Below are positions 1 through 8,627 of a stretch of DNA of 44,633 nt, one piece after another. Under the pieces are notes generated by a model. That model made no database searches. It had not been told where the DNA came from and was given only the letters and a program-made list of their open reading frames with translations. Location: the NCBI GenBank assembly GCA_032718475.1, contig JAUCBJ010003656.1, positions 1-44,633 of the forward strand. Direction: 5' to 3'. The position numbers and the translations under genes were made by a program. The DNA is from Nemertoderma westbladi. Taxonomy: Eukaryota; Animalia; Xenacoelomorpha. Within the stretch, counting starts at the first letter, position 1. Every line of letters starts with the position of its first letter.

Positions 1-868
1 CTCAACTGGTATTTCGGAATTAACAGGTTCCAGTCCTGGTATAAATTAATATTCTACAAGTCCATGGGTCAACCCGCCCTACCCCAAACTCTATCAATAC
101 GATCCAATATTGGTTTATGTAGTTAAGGTTGGTTTATGGAGACAATATAGTAAAATAATACAGTTCAATTTATTTTAACAAACTACATATATCTCTCAAT
201 ATGTTTTGTTAAAGAATTGAGCAACAAAAATGTTTGAGAATAAAATTACGCATTTTATGGGGAAAAACGCTCGGTAAATAAAATGCCTCGAGAATAGTGG
301 AAAAAAGTTATACTTTGTAATAAATAATTACACTTTAATAAGTGTAAATGTAGGCCTACCTCAAAAAAAGTGTGTTAACAATAACCTAAATAAAGTGATG
401 AAAGGGAAGAATAATTGGGTTTTATTATCGTTTGAAACTTACCACTGGCAATATTGTATTGTAGTAGGCGACCGCAGACTTTATCCAGAATGAGGCGGGT
501 CCCATTGCAAAGTCCTTGGCGGGCGGGGAGTTCAAGTTTCTAAACAGCATAAGAATAATGCCCACCTGAAATAATATTTTCGAGTCTATCTATAGGCCTA
601 GGCAGGAATAACGACATGCATTAGATTAGCTTATATTTAATTAAAATTCACACAATAATTCACTACACTTGTATAAACAATCTAATTTTGTTATTATATT
701 TCAGTTTTTCATAGAAGCCAAAGAAATAAAAAAATAGTTTTTGTGAAACTGTTTTCTAACCTTTAGAACCAAGGCGGTGGAAGTCCTGGTGGAGTTAATA
801 TATTGAGATACCTCACGGGTAACCTTATAGCATCCTCCGGCTCTTCTGTGTTATCTGCGCTATATAAA
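1..868 (-). pseudogene. Degenerate intron-containing Pif1-family (Helitron-type) helicase fragment
   Basis: Minus-strand exon ~868-761 reads LYSADNTEEPEDAIRLPVRYLNILTPPGLPP..LVLK. A GT..AG intron follows (760-566). Exon 565-443 reads VGIILMLFRNLN..QGLCNGTRLILDKVCGRLLQYNIASG, then a GTAAGT donor at 442. Bases ~45-1 read FIPGLEPVNSEIPVE. This matches the Pif1/Helitron motif GLPPH-L-LKVG-MLLRNL-GLCNGTRL. Frameshifts are present. Confidence 0.8.
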
Positions 869-914
869 ATTATTATAACTTTTTGTTGGGCACAGTTTTT
901 GAAAAGTCGGCAAT

Positions 915-987
915 GACGTCCAGGTGGGATCGAACTGGTGAACTCCGGGTTGGAAATCTGATGCTCTAACCATTCAGCTAGCGGCTG
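915..987 (-). mobile_element. tRNA-derived SINE head or degenerate tRNA pseudogene
   Basis: Minus strand has an A-box-like TAGCTGAATGG and a B-box-like AGTTCGATCCC at tRNA spacing, with an anticodon-like loop TTTCCAA. Acceptor and T stems are imperfect. Confidence 0.5.
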
Positions 988-1171
988 AGGTAAAAGATAG
1001 ACCTGGAAAATCTATCTGATACCTTGTATGTCCGCAATTTACCTCCTCATGGCCACCCATCTGTCAATACCGTCATATGCTGCCACTGTGCTCAACCTTT
1101 TACCTTACTTGGCCGTCTTGAGCACAGTTGATTTACCAAAAGGGGGGGGGGGGGGGGGGGGGGGGATTTTA

Positions 1172-1570
1172 GAACCACAAAACATCAAATTTATAACCAA
1201 ATTTACTACAACAAAAATTCGACCCCTCATTGGTTAACCCAAGGTCAAGGTTCCATTGGAAATGCGCAGTGAATCTGTGTATCTCTACACTTGTAGCGCC
1301 TGTAAGGCGACTTACGTTGGCTATACCCAACGCCACCTTTGAGAACAGAGTTAATGAGCATAACAATGTATCCAAGTCATCTGAGGTTTCAAAGCACCTT
1401 AAAATGTCCGGCCATTCAGTTACTGTAGCTTGTCTGACTTCGAAGTTATTGATTCGGCGACTTCCAAGAATGGACTCAAGTTAAAGGAAGCCCTCAATCA
1501 ATATTTTTAGATTAAAACCCAAACTAAACGTACAGGGCAAATCAATACCCTTGTCGCTGTGCAGATTAGA
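1172..1570 (+). pseudogene. Penelope-like element GIY-YIG endonuclease C-terminal remnant
   Basis: Correcting three small indels and one stop gives SVYLYTCSACKATYVGYTQRHL-ENRVNEH...SEVSKHLKMSGHSVSLSDFEVIDSA...LKLKEALNIFRLKPKLNVQ. This carries the GIY-YIG, CxxC, R..EH, E..I and KP.LN motifs typical of PLE endonucleases. Confidence 0.85.
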
Positions 1571-1750
1571 CTCAAGTGTTCGTACCTCGGTACTGTACTT
1601 GCTGACTGGGCTGTTAGTGTCGGCACCTACCTACCGGTACTACTGCGTATAGTTTACAGTTATCACTTTTATGTCTTAATACTGTAATTCATCAATTTAT
1701 TTTTCGTGTTTACTATCCTGCATTCTTTGCTTCTTTTTATGGTTTGTTTA

Positions 1751-1787
1751 TCCCTGAGGATGGCTACTGTGTAGTTGAAACGTTGGA
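1751..1787 (+). ncRNA. Minimal type I hammerhead ribozyme of the Penelope-like element
   Basis: TCC-CTGAGGA-T-GGCTAC(tgt)GTAGTT-GAAAC-GTT-GGA: CUGANGA and GAAA core boxes, 6-bp stem II, 3-bp stem I and palindromic AACGTT stem III. It lies in the PLE 3' region, where such ribozymes are known to occur. Confidence 0.75.
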
Positions 1788-1907
1788 AATTATATAATAC
1801 AGTAATACTGTTTTATAATATATTAATAATAAAGCGGAATAATTGTAATATGAAATTACTTTCAGTATGTTTAATGTTATTATATTGTTCAATTATTTGG
1901 ACATACG

Positions 1908-3185
1908 TTGATTAGCAGTATATATAAAGGTGGATATCGTAGTAGACTTCTTTCAAAGTCATATCGACCCGTATCCAGTGTTTGCCTGCTTGCAAAAATC
2001 TTTGAGGCCCTTATCATGGAAGATATAATGATGAACTACAAACTATTTCCTATAAATAGCCTACAGTTTGCCTACAAGAAACGTATAGGAACGGACATGG
2101 TTGATGCACTTGTTTTTGAGACTCTAGAGTATTATTCAAAGGGGGGATCTCCAGTATTCCTTTGCAAACTGGATCTTAGTTCTGCATTTGATAGGGTAAG
2201 CCATCTGGGACTTTACCGGAAATTGGAAGATATTCTTCACCCTTCTTTGCTATTATTGATTATAAGCAACTACAGTCCGACTATTTTCTATTGTAAATTT
2301 GGACCGAGTATTGATGTTACTGGTTTTCGTGTCCATAATGGTGTGAAACAAGGATCAGTTCTATCTCCTTTATTTTTCAATATCTATACAATGGAAATAA
2401 TGACTGATTTGGAAGAACTGGGATTAGGTTGTATCATTGCGGGCCTGTGGCTTGGTGTAATTAATTATGCAGATGATTACCTCGTGATGTGTTCCTCAGA
2501 GAAAGATCTACAAATTATTACAGATCGGATTAATGTGGGTGCAAATAATATTTCTTTGGACATTGAAGATTCCAAAACATGTTGGATCGTTCGGGAGCCT
2601 ACAGGCAAACCGATGGGTGTTGACATTCGCAGCAGCATAAGAATCAACGGCTGCAATATTATGCGGGGTCGACACATGACCTTTCTTGGGGTAAAAATCT
2701 TTGGCTCAGAAAATGATATTGTTTGCGATATTCGTCAAGAACTGTTACTCCTCTCAAGTTTATTCTATAGGAAGGGTTGGACAACAAGGTGGTATAGCAT
2801 AGATACCATAGCTACACTGTGGAGGTCTGTGGCTGAGCCTCGGCTACTGTTCTTTACCCGCCTTGTAATGGGCTCGATTTCTAGTTCTGAACGGGAGTCC
2901 ATTGATGCCTTGCATCGGCGTGTCCTCAGAAACTTATTGCATGTCGGCAGCTATGTTAGTAACTCCGCAATCTATGACCTTATGGGGGTGCGACCATTGT
3001 CACTTGAATCCGTTCGGGCCTCTGTGGGATTACTCTTTAGAATAAAGAACTGTCCTAACACAAGACTTCAATCGGCCTTGAGAGTAGCTTTGTGTTTAAA
3101 TGACAATGGTGTAAAGTATATATTGGCATTGGTAGTACACTCCGGGTCTGCGGTACCAAGTTACCCACAACTAAATCTTTATTGA
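1908..3185 (+). mobile_element. 5'-truncated non-LTR retrotransposon (LINE) reverse transcriptase ORF
   Basis: RT motifs YRPVS, QFAY, LDLSSAFDRV, GVKQGSVLSPLFFNIY, YADD and FLGV. No endonuclease upstream; in-frame stop at 1872. Confidence 0.9.
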
Positions 3186-4154
3186 ACTTTAGTTATCATT
3201 TTAAATCTCTCATGTCTCGGCTGGAAATGGGGACACCACTCATAGAGGATATCTTAAATATTGAATTTATCAGAATGACTTATGACCTTGTTGGTATCAC
3301 TTTCTCTGGAAAACATGACAGGATTTTACGATATTTTAATCGAGTCTAATTTTATTTCAATTTAATTTCTAATAGCCCTACTGGAATATTGTCATGGATT
3401 ATTTTTTTTTTTTTTTAATAAGACACCCTATTTCTACTTGTTAAATTGCACTATTGCTTCACTACAAATGGTTACACAACTTTCAAATATGTAATATTTA
3501 ACAACTGTTTATTGCAGCTTATTCCATTTTTATGGGTTGTGGTTGGTACTGTAACATTTAATTTAAGTGGGTATTTTGAATCGTAACCCTATAATGACTG
3601 TCAGTTTTTATTGTGCTGTGCACTTTTTACAACATAAATATCAATTTTATTTGATTAAAGACAATGAACTGAGGAAATGAATACTCACCTTTCTGTTCCG
3701 TCTTCACCTTTGCTCAAACATCGAATACAGTAAAATATAAATAAAGGTTTTTAGGATATAAACAATGTACCCAGGGAAACACAGCTCCATCGTCAGCTGT
3801 GTACTTTTGAATCCCTATCCCTATTTACTGTAAACACAGCATTGCACGAATTGACCAATATTACAGGAAACGCAAAAGAATAGGTAGGCCTACTGAAATT
3901 ACTATTACTTTTATTACTAAATTACTGATTTTTATTACTGAAATACAGAAATAAAAGAAATCAGACAGATAGTAGATAGATGAAACCCAAAACTGATACC
4001 AATAAAGCCCAAACCAACCGTCTAAGTACATGCAACCAAAATAAGAAAGAACCAAAAGTAAGAATAATTAGGACCAAAATTGTTTACTACTATATCTAAC
4101 CTGCATAACCAATAACTCTATATTGGCTGTATTGCACAGTCTACAGTAATAATA

Positions 4155-4701
4155 TGTGACGGGATCCAGATGAGATCCCGGTTTATCCGTTTGTTAGTTC
4201 ACTCGTCCCCGCCGTGTATGAAAGATAAAGGAGTTTGTGCTGTTCGTCGTATATAATACTTGGGTATGCAGATATAGATATAGATATAGATATGAGATAA
4301 TATGGTTGTTGTATACGGAAGGCGGGATACGGTAACTAAAGTCCCGGTCCTTCCCTAGCTAAACTATGTAACCTAAACTAGCACCAGTATTGCACTGAGA
4401 TAACTGAATTGATATGATTACTGCCAAGTGGCTATATTGCACGGTTGGCCTTGTTACTCTACCTAATCGATGCCTTTCCCCCCTCTGATTGGTTGATACC
4501 CTTGTTGGCGCCCTTTGGAGTGTTCCCGTTCACTCCACCTGTTCTCTCTGGGTTAGGGGTTTGGCCCCTGACCCTCATTGTGTGTTTCCTTCCCATTCTT
4601 ATTGGGATGGCACGAGTTGGTTAATTACCCAATCTCGTGGCTCCCAATATTGCTTATCGGCTTAACTTTATGGGGTGTTAGCGGGATTGAATAAGCTAAC
4701 A
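4155..4701 (-). repeat. 3' LTR of element 1 (547 bp)
   Basis: TGTGACGGG...AGCTAACA. By eye it differs from 16044-16584 by two substitutions and one 6-bp ATATAG unit. Confidence 0.95.
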
Positions 4702-4739
4702 CTCCCCCCCATGCTATCTTCCCGGTAAGAAGATAGCAT
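4702..4739 (-). other. Polypurine tract with adjacent 10-bp hairpin
   Basis: Minus-strand GGGGGGGAG abuts the 3' LTR. ATGCTATCTT (4711-4720) pairs with AAGATAGCAT (4730-4739). Confidence 0.8.
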
Positions 4740-5412
4740 CAACCAAAAAAGTGCGCTACAATCCCGCTGGATCCCGATCTAGTATCGGGTGTGGGGTGGA
4801 ATTCTTTTCTCTCGGAGCCGGCTTTCCAGGCCGCTCCCTATGGGTATGATAACACTACCCTGTGTGCCTGGCGTCTCATGTCGGGCCGATAGCGCTCACC
4901 TCTCACGCAACTTTTGTTTCCCCAACACTTCCGCCCTATCTCTTCTTCACTCTCATCCTAACTCTCTCATACACTCGGACCTCCTCGTCCCTCACTCAGC
5001 CTCTTATTTCTCCCCCCACACACTAGAATTGCGTCCGCACTCTCTCTGCACTTCGCTCTATTACTCCGTCCCTCAACCCCACCTTGACTACCTCATTCCT
5101 TCCGACGAACCTCCCCCCCCCCCTCTTGTGCCGTCGCACTCAAGAAGTGTGAAATTGTCTGGTGTCTCGTCCATAGTGCCATAGTCAGTTATCCCCCAGT
5201 CCCAGTAGCTAATTGAGAAAGGTTATATGACTATAGTACTTACTCCGAACGTATATATTTGTAGATTACTAATTACTACGTACGTACATACAAATTGCAC
5301 TTATATGATTATTTGCATTAATTAAATTTGTACTTAATAGTTCGTACGTCCCACGCGGCGCCTTCCAGGCGCACCACGCCTAAGTCTCAGTCTCTCTCCC
5401 TCCTCTGGGAAC

Positions 5413-6228
5413 CTATCTGTTCCTCTGGGGATAGTTCCCCCTGGCGTCCTCTTCCCTGGGTCGTTTCTTGGTTACCACCGTTCCTTTGGGATCCGCTTTC
5501 TGCTTTCGGACCTTCGCCGCCACCTCCCTGCTGATCCCGGTCGTTGGCTCCTTGGGCGCTGGTGTTATTAGTGCCCGGTTGTCAGAGTGGCCCGGTTGTC
5601 TCCCTCTGGTGGCGTCCCATAGGATCATCTTCATTGCCTGTGGTACATGCTCCGCCAAGAAATCCCTAAACTCTCTTCGGTTCTGTGGCGTCCACCTGTC
5701 CAGATATCTTTGCGTGTTCATCACTCCGGCGTACGACGCCGCCGTTGCTACCTCTTGGTAGGTAAACGGTAGTCTCCGCTTTATGATCTCCATGTGAGTC
5801 TCCTGATTGATAAGGAGGAAACCCCACTTGAACTCCTGGGCCTTCATGCGCTGACGCGTCATGGCCCCGACGTCGGCCCACTCCTCGAATCTTGTGAACT
5901 TCTCCTCGTCGTTCATCCAGTCGCACTCGCGTCCGTAGTGTCCCCGAAAGTGGCACTTTGGACATCGGTTATGCAACCGTGGACACGCCCCCATCCTGTG
6001 GCTTGGCTCTCGGCAGTAGAGACAAAAGGTTCCCTTCTGGAACCGGTACAAGCAGCTCCTTTCCTGGTGGGTCTGTCTCCCACAGTAGTCGCAGCCGAGT
6101 ACCAATGTCTCCTGTCCCACCTCGTCTTTCGTCCCAAGCGATCTCCGCGGTCTGTGGAGTCGCTGGTAGGCGCACTTCTCCACGTTGGTCTCTCTATCTA
6201 CGTCGATCTCTCCGCCCCTCTCGGGCAT
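5413..6228 (-). CDS. Accessory ORF of element 1 with three CCHC zinc knuckles
   Basis: CDYCGRQTHQERSC, CLYCREPSHRMGAC and CPKCHFRGHYGREC all fit CX2CX4HX4C; basic C-terminus; same strand as gag-pol; frame is open upstream to ~6500. Confidence 0.8.
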   Translation of the reverse strand: MPERGGEIDVDRETNVEKCAYQRLHRPRRSLGTKDEVGQETLVLGCDYCGRQTHQERSCLYRFQKGTFCLYCREPSHRMGACPRLHNRCPKCHFRGHYGRECDWMNDEEKFTRFEEWADVGAMTRQRMKAQEFKWGFLLINQETHMEIIKRRLPFTYQEVATAASYAGVMNTQRYLDRWTPQNRREFRDFLAEHVPQAMKMILWDATRGRQPGHSDNRALITPAPKEPTTGISREVAAKVRKQKADPKGTVVTKKRPREEDARGNYPQRNR

Positions 6229-6242
6229 CGTCTCCCCGAATA

Positions 6243-6614
6243 CTATCCGTAGTGCCGCCCCGGTTGCTCGCCCAACCTGATAGTGCTCCCCGCGAAATCC
6301 ATCGCCGGGTCCTCGTGCACCCAGGTCCGCTTGCCGGATCTGTTCCAGAAGGCCCTCGCCCCACTGGCCGTCACCACTCTTCCGCCAACCCAGTCCGTGT
6401 CCGAGTGGCCTATCCTCTCGATGGGCGGCATCTCTCCGAACTCGTCGTCGTCTTCCTCCTCCTCTGGCAGTGACTCCAACCCCGGTATCCCGATGGATCC
6501 ACTATGTCCCTTCCCGCCTTGGCTCTCGCCCGTAGCTCTCCATCCCTCTAGCTCCCTTAACTTCCTTGGCGGTTGGTCGCCCTTGGCGCCCGCTGGTATG
6601 GGCATCGTTTGCAA
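6243..6614 (-). CDS. Probable N-terminal part of the accessory ORF (acidic tract), joined by a frameshift
   Basis: GC-rich, coding-like sequence continuous with 5413-6228; EEEEDDDE tract; overlaps the open knuckle frame by ~250 nt. Confidence 0.5.
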   Translation of the reverse strand: MQTMPIPAGAKGDQPPRKLRELEGWRATGESQGGKGHSGSIGIPGLESLPEEEEDDDEFGEMPPIERIGHSDTDWVGGRVVTASGARAFWNRSGKRTWVHEDPAMDFAGSTIRLGEQPGRHYG

Positions 6615-6986
6615 CCCCGACGTCGACTGTCGACGTCGACTTAATTTTGAAGCTAGTAAATGAGCGTAATTTACAATTTCTGTCCGTTACTTTTATTATG
6701 TTCTAGAATAACTTTCCTTGTGTTGCCATTATTTGTAACTTTCAGCCCTATTCTATTTATTTTATCTATTTTATTTTGGTTCTACTGTCCTACTACTCAC
6801 TACTGCCTATGGATTATTCTATTCTCTAATCCACATTCTGGCCTACTCTGTGGGCCTATGCAGTACAGCAGTATGCGTCGTGTGGCCACACGATTTACCC
6901 AGCTGTACTCATATGCCCCCCTCTCGCTACTAACTGCTAACTAATATCTATATCTTATAACCCTTTTACCTCTTACTCTCTCTCTT

Positions 6987-7512
6987 CTAACTAACGGTAC
7001 TACGTACTCTCTAACTCTCCTCTAACTAACGGTACTACGTACCCTCTAACTCTTCTCTAACTAATGGTACTACGTACCCTCTAACTCTCTAACTAACTAG
7101 CGGTACTACGTACCCTCTAACTCTAACTAACTAGCGGTACTTACGTACCCTCTAACTCTCTAACTAACTAGCGGTACTACGTACCCTCTAACTCTAACTA
7201 ACTAGCGGTACTTACGTACCCTCTAACTCTCTAACTGACTAGCGGTACTACGTACCCTCTAACTAACTTTCTAACTGGCGGTACTTACGTACCCTCTAAC
7301 TCTCTAACTGACTAGCGGTACCACGTACCCTCTAACTAACTTTCTAACTGACTAGTGGTACTACGTACCCTCTAACTCCAACTAACTAGCGGTACTTACG
7401 TACCCTCTAACTCTCTAACTAACTAGCGGTACTTACGTACCCTCTAACTCTCTAATTAACTATCGGTACTACGTACCTCCTAACTAACTAACTAACTAGG
7501 TACTACGTACCT
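6987..7512. repeat. Tandem array of 15 ~35-bp units, each with a GGTAC(tac/ttac)GTACC hairpin and CTAACTAAC linker
   Basis: Fifteen GGTAC..GTAC cores counted directly, separated by variable CTAA/CT-rich linkers. Confidence 0.95.
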
Positions 7513-7667
7513 CTTAACTAACTTCTGCCTATTAACTGCGTACCTACTATGTACTTATTATTTTATTTTCTATTTTTTTTCTATTTTATGTGTGGGAAGG
7601 GAGTCTCGCCCTCAATCCCACCCCCCTCAGTCCAAATCTTGGACGACTAAACACAAGACAAACTCCA

Positions 7668-8627
7668 CTAAGATGCCCCTTCTAGCAGACAGCATTTTCC
7701 CACAGCTCTCCTGTAGGTTTTTCTGTCCTTTGCACCTATCTTACCACCTATCCGCACTTCTACCGATCGGACTCTTCCGTCCTCGTCGGAGTAAGTGCCT
7801 ACAACTCTCGCCAACCGCCACTGGTTGTTGATGATAGTATCATCCGTAACGATTACGAGATCTCCCTCTCTTAACTCCCTATTTTGCTTCCCCCACTTAC
7901 TCCTTTTATGGAGTGTGGGTAGGTATTCCTCGACCCACCTCCTCCAATACTCTGCGCTTATTGCTTTAGCGACTTTCCAACTTTGGCGGGAGTGTATGTC
8001 ATCTGGGTCTACACCCCGCATATCGATGGTCACTGGCGTTTCCATTAGGAAATGGCTAGGCGTTAGCACGTCTAATGACTCAGGGTCATCATTCTCTGGA
8101 TATAGCGGTCTGCTATTAATAATCCCCTCGCACTTCGCAAGTACTGTCCGTAAGACATCCTCAGTGACCATGTGGGTGTTCATCAGCTTCGTCATTAGAC
8201 GCTTTGAACTGCCCACCAGTCTCTCGACGCATCCTAGTGTATGTGGTGCATACGGTGTCCTTCTCTCCCACTTTACTTGTCGTCGTCTCATGGCTGCCCT
8301 GACTTCTTCTCCCTCCAAGATGTCCAAGGCCTCTGCCATCTCACTCTCTGCGCACACAAAGTTGGTGCCGTTGTCACTGTATATCACTGCGATCGTCCCA
8401 CCTTTGCGGTCTCTAAACCTTTCTAAGGCATTAATGAATGCTGATGCGGTTGCATCTTGGGCGAGTTCTATTCCTACCGCCCGTGTGTTGTTGCATACGA
8501 AGATAATGCCGTAGTGTTTCTCTGTGTGTCGCATCACTTTGATCTTTATCGGCCCGAACATGTCCACACCGCAATGCGTAAATGGCGGGTAGTGCTGTCT
8601 TACCCTACTCGCCGGTAGTGGCGCCAT
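7668..8627 (-). CDS. BEL/Pao integrase core and C-terminal domain (element 1)
   Basis: MAPLP, GVDMFGP (D), SDNGTNF (D), ERLV (E), NSRPL, LTPSHFL, W..EYLPTL..RSKW, W.LARV motifs. Confidence 0.92.
   Translation of the reverse strand: MAPLPASRVRQHYPPFTHCGVDMFGPIKIKVMRHTEKHYGIIFVCNNTRAVGIELAQDATASAFINALERFRDRKGGTIAVIYSDNGTNFVCAESEMAEALDILEGEEVRAAMRRRQVKWERRTPYAPHTLGCVERLVGSSKRLMTKLMNTHMVTEDVLRTVLAKCEGIINSRPLYPENDDPESLDVLTPSHFLMETPVTIDMRGVDPDDIHSRQSWKVAKAISAEYWRRWVEEYLPTLHKRSKWGKQNRELREGDLVIVTDDTIINNQWRLARVVGTYSDEDGRVRSVEVRIGGKIGAKDRKTYRRAVGKCCLLEGAS

Noticed and set aside
915-987. Functional tRNA-Gly(TCC) gene
   Set aside because: Acceptor, anticodon and T stems do not pair properly.
1142-1166. 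Long G/C homopolymers here and at 13253, 14445, 33236 and 40286
   Set aside because: Lengths are unreliable, so poly-Gly/Pro tracts and nearby frameshifts were not interpreted as programmed.
3683-3725. Perfect minus-strand splice donor AAG|GTGAGT
   Set aside because: No convincing exon or acceptor could be attached.
6987-7512. CRISPR-like look of the hairpin array
   Set aside because: Linkers are near-identical low-complexity sequence rather than unique spacers; no cas genes; context is a eukaryotic retrotransposon.
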